Part shown: in pieces, positions 28,921 to 38,267 of the stretch | Position numbering within the stretch: the stretch's first letter is position 1 | Layout: each line of letters opens with the position of its first letter | NCBI GenBank assembly: GCA_963706595.1 | Contig: OY970166.1 | Location: forward strand, 3,872,001-3,936,000 | Origin: an uncultured cyanobacterium | GTDB taxonomy: Bacteria > Cyanobacteriota > Cyanobacteriia > Cyanobacteriales > Nostocaceae | DNA: 64,000 nucleotides | Direction of reading: 5' to 3' | Program-made: the position numbers and the translations under genes | The notes under the pieces: model-generated | The model's database searches: none | What the model was told of the DNA's origin: nothing | Seen by the model: only the letters and a program-made list of their open reading frames with translations

Positions 28921-29883
28921 TTACAGCCAGTCGATATTTTTGGCATTTTCAGGCAACTTAGCATCTCTTTGCCCAACAAACCGCGCTCTAGCGGTGAATA
29001 AACCAATGGGAGTATTTAATAAGTCTACAAGCGTGGCTTGACCTGCGATCGCCTGCAAAATACCTTTTGGTAGTTCCTTTAATAACCAACGCACCCAGCG
29101 ATAACTGTAATCTTTGGCTGTCATCCCTGGCATTAATGTTACACCGTGCAGTTCATGTAGATAGCGATTAGAGCGTCCGTAGCGTCGCCATTGACTTTCT
29201 AGTTCTTGGATTGTGGCGCGGTGGCGGTGCTGGATAACTGCATTGGGGGCAAATTCTAACCGCCCCAGATTTGACCGCAGAATCCGCCAACAAATATCCG
29301 CATCGCCCCCAGTGGTCAGATATGGTCGAAATAGACCTGATTTTTCTAAAGTCGTGCGGCGAATTGCTAAATTAGCAGTTTGACCGTAAGGACAAAAGGA
29401 ATTAGCTAGAGTATGCTTCTGGGATAAAGTTTCTTGACGTTCTGCGTGTTTTTCTAAGATAGTGTCGCCCGGTAGCGCCGCAATTTCACCAGCGACAATT
29501 ACCACATCTGGCTCACTCAAAGGCTGGATTAACGAGTGTAGCCATTGTGGTTGAGGATGACAATCAGCATCCGTAAAGGCAATAATTTCGCCCACAGCCG
29601 CGCGGATTCCCGTATTTCGGGCAGCGTAAGAGCTTTGAATTTGATTTTCGCTCAAAACCTTAATTACAGGTGAATTTTCCGCAGCTGCTTTTAAGAGGCT
29701 CAGAGTGCGATCGCTGCTGTTATTATCCACCAGTAGATACTCCACCCGGTCTTGAGGGTAAGTTTGCGATCGCAGACAATTGATTAACTCTGGTAAATCT
29801 GCCTCACCGTTATAGATCGGAACAACCACTGATACCATTGGCAAGAAACTGTTCGCAGTGGTTGGATCAACTGGCTGAATCAT
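28921..29883 (-). CDS. Family 2 glycosyltransferase
   Basis: VSVVVPIYN, VDNNSSD, ARNTG, FTDADC and GGDADICWR. Confidence 0.9.
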   Translation of the reverse strand: MIQPVDPTTANSFLPMVSVVVPIYNGEADLPELINCLRSQTYPQDRVEYLLVDNNSSDRTLSLLKAAAENSPVIKVLSENQIQSSYAARNTGIRAAVGEIIAFTDADCHPQPQWLHSLIQPLSEPDVVIVAGEIAALPGDTILEKHAERQETLSQKHTLANSFCPYGQTANLAIRRTTLEKSGLFRPYLTTGGDADICWRILRSNLGRLEFAPNAVIQHRHRATIQELESQWRRYGRSNRYLHELHGVTLMPGMTAKDYSYRWVRWLLKELPKGILQAIAGQATLVDLLNTPIGLFTARARFVGQRDAKLPENAKNIDWL

Positions 29884-29945
29884 AAAATACAAGATTTATC
29901 GGAATGGGATTACTCAATAATATTCCCACTCCCAAATCTTCCTAT

Positions 29946-31283
29946 CTAAAATCTTAAATCTCTAGCACCAGAACTGACAGGTTGGTTAGTTGGGCTAGCT
30001 GGAGGTTGAGCGAAGTTTTTAGTTGATAGGGCGGCGATCGCTCTGGCATATTGCGGATCGTTTTGAGTCCCAACTAAATTCGGATTAGTCGCCAGCTGAC
30101 GCTCTTGTGCTGCTGTCAAGTCTAGTTTGATATCTGGCACAATCCCTTTTTTATTAATATCTGTGCCATCGGGGGTGTAGTAGTGGGCAATGGTGACTGC
30201 TAAACCTGAACCATCGGCCAGTTCATGAACAGATTGTACCAGTGCTTTACCAAAGGTTTGACTACCAATCACAACGGCTCGGTTATTATCCTTAAGCGCT
30301 CCGGTGAGGATTTCGCTAGCACTAGCTGAATTACCATCTACGAGTATTGCCAAAGGTCGTTGAGTCAGAGCAGTACGATTGGCATTAGTTATCTCACTAC
30401 CTCCCGCGCGGTTAACTGTGCGAACAATACCGCCATTATCCAACCACATGCGAGCAATCTCAATACTGGAATTTAACAAACCGCCAGGATTTCCGCGCAA
30501 ATCTAAAACAAACGCATCAGCTTTTTGATTGTTTAAATCTCGAATAGCTCGACGCATTTGATCCGAAGCATGACCGCTAAACTCCCGCAATTGGATATAG
30601 CCAACCCGACGATTGCCTTCTTGCTTGAGGTTATAACGTACTGTTGGGACTTCAATTGTCGCCCGTGTCAGCTTCACATCAAAAGCACTCTGCCCCTTTC
30701 TTCCTAATTGCAGCGTAATCGGACTACCAGGTTTACCGCGAATTAACCCAGAGGCTTCTTCCACTGACATTTTTTGCGTAGGTTTGCCATCAATTGCCAA
30801 AATCTCATCGCCTGCTTTCATCCCACCCTTCAGCGCCGGAGAATTTTCTATCGCTTCCAAAACAGTCAGACGCTTGCTTTGCTCATTCAATTCCATGCGA
30901 ATACCAATTCCGGAGACTTCACCGGATGTTTGGCTGGTAAGATTTTGATATTGTTGGGGGTCCATAAATCGCGTGTAAGGATCACCCAGTTTTTGCAAAG
31001 CTTCACGAATTGCCACATAGGCTTGTTCATTAGAAGAATATTCTTTGCTTAACAAGCTCTGTCTAGTGGCTAGCCAATCTTGTTGATTAAAGCTGCCATC
31101 AACATACTCACGATTTACCAATTGCCATACTTGGTCAACTAACGTTTTCGGGCTATCTTGTAAGGCAGCAAGAACGGAGCGAGTCCAAGCAGAGCCAAAT
31201 ACAGAGACAGTGGCGGTTGTGGCGATCGCTCCACCAATCAAGACTACTTGGAGCGGCGAGTAACGTTTCGCAGATTGGTTCAT
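29946..31283 (-). CDS. ctpB: Carboxyl-terminal processing protease (S41, PDZ), CtpB-like
   Basis: LGDPYTRF, GIGI PDZ loop, DLRGNPGG, SASASEI and TFGKALVQ; ATG at 31283. Confidence 0.85.
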   Translation of the reverse strand: MNQSAKRYSPLQVVLIGGAIATTATVSVFGSAWTRSVLAALQDSPKTLVDQVWQLVNREYVDGSFNQQDWLATRQSLLSKEYSSNEQAYVAIREALQKLGDPYTRFMDPQQYQNLTSQTSGEVSGIGIRMELNEQSKRLTVLEAIENSPALKGGMKAGDEILAIDGKPTQKMSVEEASGLIRGKPGSPITLQLGRKGQSAFDVKLTRATIEVPTVRYNLKQEGNRRVGYIQLREFSGHASDQMRRAIRDLNNQKADAFVLDLRGNPGGLLNSSIEIARMWLDNGGIVRTVNRAGGSEITNANRTALTQRPLAILVDGNSASASEILTGALKDNNRAVVIGSQTFGKALVQSVHELADGSGLAVTIAHYYTPDGTDINKKGIVPDIKLDLTAAQERQLATNPNLVGTQNDPQYARAIAALSTKNFAQPPASPTNQPVSSGARDLRF

Positions 31284-31469
31284 GTATATCAGTGGAATAT
31301 ATTTGTGTTGTTGACAGTTTAGCAATCAGGCATTTGGGAAATTTTTCAGTTTTTATACTTAATGTGAGTTTATGTTCCCCTCATCATTTTCTCCTGAGAA
31401 TTCTTTGATACTTGATTAATGAGATTTCTCTAACTATGACCTTTTTTAGTAGTCTAATACGACACTGTG

Positions 31470-31495
31470 AAGTTACAGTAACGTTACTGTGACTT
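31470..31495. promoter_or_regulatory. 26-bp near-perfect palindrome between divergent ctpB and the YdcF-like gene
   Basis: AAGTTACAGTAAC-GTTACTGTGACTT, one mismatched pair. Confidence 0.45.
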
Positions 31496-31616
31496 TGTGA
31501 TGACAGCCTGATCGATATCAGCTTTACACCCGATATTATTTTAATAAGATAGCACTTCGCTGACTTAATTGTAGGTCTTCTCGACATAATTTAACCAAGC
31601 TTTTATTACCTATATC

Positions 31617-32327
31617 ATGAGATATAAATTTACAAAAACCTCGTCAATTTCTCCATTGAGAAAATTACACAAACAGTGGCAATGGCTACAAAAAATAGCT
31701 TGTGGCTTATGCTTGATATTTGGTAGTTGGCTAATTTTTACTACTATAACTCTAGTTTGGGCATCATCTGCGCCAGTAGATGCCTTTTTTGTCCTGGGTG
31801 GTAGTATTCGCCGAGAAATTTATGTTACCCAAATAACCCAAAAATATCCACAAATTCCAGTTTTAATTTCTAGTGGTTCCCCACCACCCTGCATCAAGGT
31901 AATTTTTCAAAGGGAAGCAGCAGAGTTACAAAACGTTTGGTTAGAAAATTGTGCTGATTCCACTTTTGAGAACTTTTACTACAGCATACCCATTTTGCGG
32001 CAATGGGGAGTACATAAAGTAAAACTTATCACTTCACCTACTCACCTTCCCAGAGCAAAATGGATGGCACAGATTCTCTTAGGCGCTCATGGTATTTGGG
32101 TTGAGCCAGATATTGTTTCAGAACAGGGTAGACCAGGTAATTATGAGTCTGGGTTGAAAACTGGGCTAGATGTCACCCGCAGCTTATTTTGGGCAGTATT
32201 TAGTCAGATTATCCAGCCAAAATGCTCAAATGTCATAAGGTTAGCTGAGGTAGATATGCAAGCTTGGCAAAGTAGAGGTTTTCAGTGTGAACACCAGGGG
32301 AAAGTAGGGGATCTGACTCCCCAATAA
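31617..32327 (+). CDS. YdcF/DUF218 family protein
   Basis: N-terminal TM helix; FVLGG, LISSG, ADSTFENF and LITSPTHLPRA. Confidence 0.85.
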   Translation: MRYKFTKTSSISPLRKLHKQWQWLQKIACGLCLIFGSWLIFTTITLVWASSAPVDAFFVLGGSIRREIYVTQITQKYPQIPVLISSGSPPPCIKVIFQREAAELQNVWLENCADSTFENFYYSIPILRQWGVHKVKLITSPTHLPRAKWMAQILLGAHGIWVEPDIVSEQGRPGNYESGLKTGLDVTRSLFWAVFSQIIQPKCSNVIRLAEVDMQAWQSRGFQCEHQGKVGDLTPQ

Positions 32328-32341
32328 CCACACATACCCTT

Positions 32342-32396
32342 GTAGAGACGCGATTTATCGCGTCTAAATTCCGGTTAAATTCGGGCTAAATTCAAG
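32342..32396 (+). repeat. REP copy 1 (GTAG hairpin) plus 11-bp tandem x3
   Basis: GTAG-AGACGCGAT-tt-ATCGCGTCT at 32342-32365, then CTAAATTCCGG/TTAAATTCGGG/CTAAATTCAAG. Confidence 0.85.
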
Positions 32397-32593
32397 TAAT
32401 TGATCTAATTACCTGATTATTTCTGTAACCGTAAATATACATAAGCAGCAATCACAAATCGGACATTTTTTTTCAAGATCATATATATCTGATCTGGAAA
32501 AAAATCCGAATATTTTGGGTTTGCAACTACATCAACATCAGGAAATAATTACATGATTATCAAGTTTTTGGTGTATAAATCCAAAATCTAATC

Positions 32594-33238
32594 ATGAATA
32601 ATTATGATCCTCAGCCTAAAAATAACAAACCTAAATATAAAGGTAAATACCGAGTTGATTCAACACGCTTGCCAGCATGGAATTATGCTACTGATGGCGG
32701 ATATTTTGTAACAATTTGTACGGCAGGTAAAAAATGCTTTTTCGGTGAGGTGGTGAGGGGTGAAATGCAGTTATCACAAATTGGAGAAGTTGCCCAAAAA
32801 TTATGGTGTGAGATTCCTCAACATTTTCTTAATTGTCATATAGATGTATTTTGCATCATGCCTAATCATATTCACGGTATTCTATTAATTAAGCAAATAC
32901 AAGATTTAGAAGAAGATTCACAACACTTAGAAGAAGATTCACAACACTCAAAAGAAGATTCACAACACTCAGAAGAAGACGCGATGAATCGCGTCTCTAC
33001 AAGGCGACGGGGTGGGGTTACTGGGGTATTTAACCCGATGTTATCTAAAAATTCTATTTCTAAGATTGTGCGGTGGTATAAAGGACGGTGTAAATTTGAA
33101 ATTAATCAAATATATCAAGGTTTTGGATGGCAAGAAAGGTTCTACGACGAAATAATCCGTAATGAATTTGCTCTTGACAAAATTCAACAATACATTATTA
33201 ATAATCCCATAAATTGGTCAGGCGATCGCCTCTTGTAG
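32594..33238 (+). mobile_element. REP-associated tyrosine transposase (RAYT, Y1 HUH family)
   Basis: STRLPAWNY...GYFVTICT, HUH motif MPNHIHGI, WQERFYDEIIR and catalytic Y in QYIINNP; flanked by GTAG REP hairpins. Confidence 0.88.
32908..33000 (-). repeat. REP copy 2 inside the RAYT CDS plus 21-bp tandem x3.4
   Basis: agacgcgatgaatcgcgtctctac at 32977-33000 (encodes DAMNRVST); agaagaagattcacaacact(t/c) units encode (L/S)(E/K)EDSQH. Confidence 0.88.
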
Positions 33239-33331
33239 AGACGCGATTCATCGCGTCTAATTGATTCATCACGTCTAATTGATTCTAATTGATTCATCGC
33301 GTCTAATTGATTCATCGCGTCTAATTGATTC
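33235..33331 (+). repeat. REP copy 3 plus 18-bp tandem array
   Basis: GTAG-AGACGCGAT-tc-ATCGCGTCT at 33235-33258, then CTAATTGATT(CATCGCGT) units x5, one truncated. Confidence 0.88.
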
Positions 33332-35642
33332 CATTAGCGATCGCCATAATTGTCCCTAAAGGCACTTCGGCAAAATAATTCTGCTGAAACTGTTCTTCGC
33401 TGATGGCGGCTAAAAATCTTTCTAAAGCTGCATCGTTAAAGTCTTCTGAGTTGATGCTGGGATTCCAACTAATTTGCAAATCACGGTCTTGTCTTGTGAC
33501 AGTAAACCCCAAAGATTTTAAAGCTTCGATTCCCCAAAATAAAGTTTGGTCACGAATGCCGAGTTTTTCTAACAGTTGGAAGCGGGTAACTGATTGATTT
33601 GTGCGACTCAAATATTTAGCAATACCAACCAAAGTTAGCCAAATTTCCTGGGGTGGTTGATGATTGGGTTTAGACCAAGCGATCGCTAATTGTTGATTAT
33701 TATATAGACATCGCTTTAGCCATGCACGTAAATCATCCCAGTGAGTCGGACAATCTGCCATCAAAACTGCTGAATGCTGATTTCTCAGTTCTGAATGTTC
33801 TTGATTTCGCCAATCTAATATCATCTGAGTAGAAACACTATTAATCGCGTCTGAATTTTCCACAGAACGCACAGCAATTAATCTAATTTCATAGCGTTTT
33901 TTAAAGGTATTGTAATCCAGTTCAGCAATGCAATCACACTTACCTAGAGGTAATTCATCTTTATAGTGTCCCCACCAAATCCCAGGAAATGCGCTTTTAG
34001 TATACTCATCCCGAATATCAAAATCGGTTTTAATATACTGCACCTTTTTGCCTTTCCAATCCTGCTGATTACGATGCCAAGAATTTTCAAACCAGCAGTT
34101 TTTAATTAACAATTTTGGTACAGGGTTTCCCATCCCACAAGGTTCCAAAAGTTTGAGTTCTAGAAATAATTCTTTACCTAAATCGGCGACAGTTACTGTT
34201 AAATCTACTTGCACAGTTGGCGTGAGAGTTGTTCCACCTAAAGATTGCCGTAACTGCTGATTAATCGCCTCTGTAAATAACGGAATATTCTCCGGTAATA
34301 AACTCAAACCAGCTGCAAAGGGATGTCCGCCAAAGCTATGTAACAAATGTTCTTGCTGTTTGACTAATTGATATAAATCTACCGAATTAACAGAACGGGC
34401 AGAACCACGGGCTAAGAGGGGAGTAGGGGTAGTACCTTGTGTTCGTCCTTCTGTACTCAATAAAACAGTGGGACGGCCTGTTTCTTGGGCTATTTGTCCA
34501 GCGACTAAACCCAATACTCCCGCAGGCCATTGGGGATCTTCTAAGACAATAACGCTGGTGGTTGATAAGTCTAGCCCGGAGAGTTTTTGCGCTACTTGGG
34601 CTTGAACATCTTTTTGTAAAGACTTGCGCCGAGTGTTGGCGAGTTCTGTGACTTCGGCTAGTTGATGACAATGTTTAAGATCCCGGCTAGTTAATAATTC
34701 TACGCAAAAACTAGCATCGCCTTGAATGCGACTGACAGCGTTAATGCGTGGTCCTAGACCAAAGGAAATATCTGTGGGGCGATCGCCATTTTTCTGGCAT
34801 AATTCTAATAATCGCCCTACCCCTGGCCGTCGTCGGGCTGTCGGTGGCTGCTGAAAGTCGGCTTGCAGTCTTTGAATACCTAATTGGGCTAAATACCGAC
34901 AGTCTCCACTTAACTGCACTAAATCGGCAATTAATCCCACTGCAACTAAATCGAATAAATCTGCTAAGGGATTTTGGGGAATATTTGGTAGGGTTAAATA
35001 AAGAGCTTCAATTAACTTAAAAGCTACTGCTACGCCAGAAAGATGAAATAACTGATGTTCACTTGGTAAATAGCGGGGGTTGATAATTGCTGCAACTGGT
35101 GGGCGTTGTTCAGGTAATGTATGGTGGTCTGTAACTATGACATCTATACCTAACTTTTGAGCATAAATAATTTCATTAATATTTGTACTGCCTGTGTCGC
35201 AAGTTACTATTAATTTACAACCTTGTTTTTCTAAATTATCAATTCCTGGATAATTGAGTCCGTGGGATTCTTTAAGGCGATTGGGGATGTAGTAAGTTAA
35301 CTGGGAATTTTGCGTGAAAAATTGTCCTAAACCATCCCATAAAACAGCCGTGGCGGTAATACCGTCTGCGTCAAAGTCTCCCCAAATGGCAATTTTATCA
35401 TTGTTATTTCGTGCTTGTTGCAGTCTTTCCATAGCTAACTGCATTTCTTCGCCAAATTCAAAGGGGCTGGCTGGTTGATACGTTTTATAGTTGGTAAAGG
35501 CTGCTAATTTTTGTTCGTCTTGAATTCCCCTTTGCCATAATAATTGTGCTGCATATAATCCGCTTGATGCTGGTGTATGCTGTTTGACTATTTGGATGAA
35601 CCAGTCTGGTGGTTTTTCGGGTGTTGTTATAATCCACTGCAT
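33321..35642 (-). CDS. recJ: Single-stranded-DNA-specific exonuclease RecJ (long cyanobacterial form)
   Basis: WGDFDADG, TCDTG, TDHH, GPRINA, RGSARS, GGHPFAAG and LEPCGMGNP. Confidence 0.9.
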   Translation of the reverse strand: MQWIITTPEKPPDWFIQIVKQHTPASSGLYAAQLLWQRGIQDEQKLAAFTNYKTYQPASPFEFGEEMQLAMERLQQARNNNDKIAIWGDFDADGITATAVLWDGLGQFFTQNSQLTYYIPNRLKESHGLNYPGIDNLEKQGCKLIVTCDTGSTNINEIIYAQKLGIDVIVTDHHTLPEQRPPVAAIINPRYLPSEHQLFHLSGVAVAFKLIEALYLTLPNIPQNPLADLFDLVAVGLIADLVQLSGDCRYLAQLGIQRLQADFQQPPTARRRPGVGRLLELCQKNGDRPTDISFGLGPRINAVSRIQGDASFCVELLTSRDLKHCHQLAEVTELANTRRKSLQKDVQAQVAQKLSGLDLSTTSVIVLEDPQWPAGVLGLVAGQIAQETGRPTVLLSTEGRTQGTTPTPLLARGSARSVNSVDLYQLVKQQEHLLHSFGGHPFAAGLSLLPENIPLFTEAINQQLRQSLGGTTLTPTVQVDLTVTVADLGKELFLELKLLEPCGMGNPVPKLLIKNCWFENSWHRNQQDWKGKKVQYIKTDFDIRDEYTKSAFPGIWWGHYKDELPLGKCDCIAELDYNTFKKRYEIRLIAVRSVENSDAINSVSTQMILDWRNQEHSELRNQHSAVLMADCPTHWDDLRAWLKRCLYNNQQLAIAWSKPNHQPPQEIWLTLVGIAKYLSRTNQSVTRFQLLEKLGIRDQTLFWGIEALKSLGFTVTRQDRDLQISWNPSINSEDFNDAALERFLAAISEEQFQQNYFAEVPLGTIMAIANGIN

Positions 35643-35765
35643 GGAGTTTATTAAAGGTTAGGAAGGAGGTTGGTTTTGGATTATCGAACCGCCAAGTCGC
35701 CAAGTGCGCCAAGCGAGGAGAGAAGTTTTTGAGTAATAGTTGCAGTTAGTCATAACTTAGAGTTT

Positions 35766-36396
35766 TTATTGATCATTTATTGGAGTTTCGTTTACTAGGG
35801 GATTGAGAATTATTTCGTTAGCAACTCCTTCAGGTTTACGGGTGCGAATTGCTGGACGGGTTCGCCTGTAACCGGCTCTTTCGGCTTTTTGATGTTCGTA
35901 ATCAATCAGTCTGCCATAATGTTCATGTTTGCTTAAATTCATTGACAGGAAAATATGCTGACGGATATTTCCAAATCCTTTGCGGTTAAAGAATTTGACG
36001 GCTGGATTGTTGGTGGGATCTGTGTCTACTAGCATGAATCGCGCCCCATCTTCAATCATCCGTGCGATCGCTTTATCAACTAATTTATCTGCTACTCCCC
36101 GACGCTGAAATTTCGGGATTCACAGCTAGCCATAATATATAACCGTAAGTCCAGGATGCTTTGGTAATAATGGTTCCTAAAATAAACCCGGCTAATTCTC
36201 CGTCTGTTTCCGCAACTAAACAATATTCTGGGTCTGTATTGTACAGTCCAATTACCTCCCATTCGTCCCAGGTGCGATATAAATAAGGATACAAATCGCT
36301 AGTAAATAGCTGTTCGCCCAAGTGGTAAACGGGTGAAATATCGTCTATCCCTAATTCACGAACATAAATCAAATCAGTTTCATCAAAGCTTTTCAT
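35766..36396 (-). pseudogene. GNAT acetyltransferase split by a 1-nt frameshift (or a sequencing error)
   Basis: Deleting one base of GGG at 36115-36117 joins both ORFs into ...WLAVNPKFQRRGVADKLVDKAIARMIEDGARF..., restoring the acetyl-CoA motif QRRG. Confidence 0.8.
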
Positions 36397-36411
36397 ATAA
36401 TTCTCTAGAAT

Positions 36412-37206
36412 TCAGAGAGATACTTCTTGAATATCGGCAAGATTTGGTAAATTCTTTTGATGTTCAGCGCTGGCTTGACTACGTTCACAACGTGTGGCAA
36501 AATGACAATAATTACAATCTTTACTATTTTCCGGTATTTGAGGAAATAGTTGATTTATTTGGTAGTCTTCCAACCAGTTCGTTAATTTATTTAACAGTTG
36601 ATTAAGTTTCTTAGCTGTTTGCTGATGCTGGGTAGAATTGTAATTAAATGTAATATTTTGCGGTTGACCTTCAGATTGGACAAACCAGTAAGTCATAGAA
36701 ATATTTTTGGGCAAATAGGCGGTAGTTTCAGCTAATACATACAAATAAAGACGTGTTTGCCAATTCTGTTCTAATTTGCGTTTATTTTGGGGTTTAGGAT
36801 AAGTTTTCCAGTCAAGAATTTGAGCTTTTTGGCTATCTGCTATGAATAAATCATAAACAACTGTCAACAAATAATCTTGAACTTGCAGGATGCGGTAATG
36901 TTCGCTTTCACGCAAAGTTTGAGAGTCAGTTGGCGTTAAAATTTCTGGTGCTGCATTGGTAAAACCTGACATCCAGCTTTGCAGTTGAGTATCCGCTTCC
37001 AGTAAACTCCCAATTGGTAAACCCATTTCTCGCTGTTGCATCAGCAAGTGAAACTGACTACCCAAAATCTGGTGTTCTTCGTGTTCTGGATTTAAAGGCG
37101 TATTGAGTTGTTCTAAGTAGGTGTGTTGGAATTTACGCGGACAAGTTTCTAGTAAGTTGAGATGTCCTTGAGATAGGCGGAAGAGTTGAGTTGTTTCTGA
37201 CAGCAT
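36412..37206 (-). CDS. PD-(D/E)XK nuclease superfamily protein (RecB/Cas4-like)
   Basis: LETCPRKF, GSQFH, VYDL...ILDWKT, QTRLY and C-terminal CNYCHFATRC. Confidence 0.85.
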   Translation of the reverse strand: MLSETTQLFRLSQGHLNLLETCPRKFQHTYLEQLNTPLNPEHEEHQILGSQFHLLMQQREMGLPIGSLLEADTQLQSWMSGFTNAAPEILTPTDSQTLRESEHYRILQVQDYLLTVVYDLFIADSQKAQILDWKTYPKPQNKRKLEQNWQTRLYLYVLAETTAYLPKNISMTYWFVQSEGQPQNITFNYNSTQHQQTAKKLNQLLNKLTNWLEDYQINQLFPQIPENSKDCNYCHFATRCERSQASAEHQKNLPNLADIQEVSL

Positions 37207-37359
37207 TGTTTTATTTTAGAAGCGATCGCTCTCCTCTAGTTTAAAGTCCAAAAATTAAGCGTCTGCTTTTTGCAAGGCTACCTGAATCAAAAAAATAAAA
37301 GGTGGAAGGATGAATTTTGCCTTTTCTTTCATCCCTCTACCTTTTTATGTACCTGATGC

Positions 37360-37563
37360 TTATTTAATGTTAGCCCGTGCGTCCCTGACTGCGGCAAAGA
37401 AAAAGAATCCGGTGAGGGGAATGCTCAATCCGAGGATAATTGCAGTTACCTGAACGCCCAAATCTGGTTGTCCAGAAGTAAGTTCAAACACTGAACCGAC
37501 GGCGGCGATCGCTGTTACGCAAGAACCACCCAGAAATAAACCGCTTTTTGGAGTTAAATACAC
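37360..37563 (-). CDS. Small conserved two-TM membrane protein
   Basis: 67 aa with two hydrophobic helices; directly downstream of def; contains HIP1. Confidence 0.7.
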   Translation of the reverse strand: MYLTPKSGLFLGGSCVTAIAAVGSVFELTSGQPDLGVQVTAIILGLSIPLTGFFFFAAVRDARANIK

Positions 37564-37573
37564 TATATGTCCC

Positions 37574-38137
37574 CTATGCTACTGGTTTCACGGCTTGATA
37601 CGAGAAGCCATTTTTAGATAACTCCTGAGCCAAAGTCAAGGAATTATCCACACGATCTACAAATACCACGCCTTTGAGGTGATCCATTTCGTGTTGAATG
37701 CAGCGTGAGAGTAAGTCTGTAGCTTTGAGGGTTTTGGGACGACCGTATTCATCTTTATAAGCAATTTCCACGGCTTCGGGACGCTTTACGTCTAAATAAA
37801 CGTTAGGAATGCTTAAACACCCTTCTTGGGCAACGCAGACTTCTTTGCTCATCTGTTTAATGGTGGGGTTAATCAATACCAGTGGCGGATGATCTGGGTT
37901 ATCTGGTTCACAATCGATGACAATCAGTTGTTTATGAATTCCCACTTGAGGTGCAGCTAAACCAATGCCATCGCTACTGTACATAGTTTGCAGCATTTCG
38001 CGCACCAATTGACGAATTTCATCGTCTATTTTAGTAATCCGCTTGGCATCTTGACGCAGCACGCGATCGCCTAGATAGTGAAGTGTCAAGGGCGGATTTT
38101 TTAACTTTTTTTTCTCGACAGCAATTTCAGAGGGCAT
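37574..38137 (-). CDS. def: Peptide deformylase
   Basis: GIGLAAPQVG, EGCLS and QHEMDH. Confidence 0.96.
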   Translation of the reverse strand: MPSEIAVEKKKLKNPPLTLHYLGDRVLRQDAKRITKIDDEIRQLVREMLQTMYSSDGIGLAAPQVGIHKQLIVIDCEPDNPDHPPLVLINPTIKQMSKEVCVAQEGCLSIPNVYLDVKRPEAVEIAYKDEYGRPKTLKATDLLSRCIQHEMDHLKGVVFVDRVDNSLTLAQELSKNGFSYQAVKPVA

Positions 38138-38267
38138 GATGATCAATGACTAAGTTGTGAAAATTCCTACTATCTCAATTCTATCAATCTCCCATAACCC
38201 CCTGTTGAGATGCAAAAATTCACCTGAAATAAAGATGATCAACGCAATTTAGATTTTGGGGTGCTGT

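Noticed and set aside
33235..33331. Possible CRISPR mini-array
   Set aside because: Units are 10-18 bp head-to-tail copies with no unique spacers, and there is no cas operon; explained as REP-adjacent tandem duplication.
36412..37206. Cas4-like nuclease as evidence of a CRISPR system
   Set aside because: Solo PD-(D/E)XK protein among housekeeping genes; no cas1/cas2 or array in the window.
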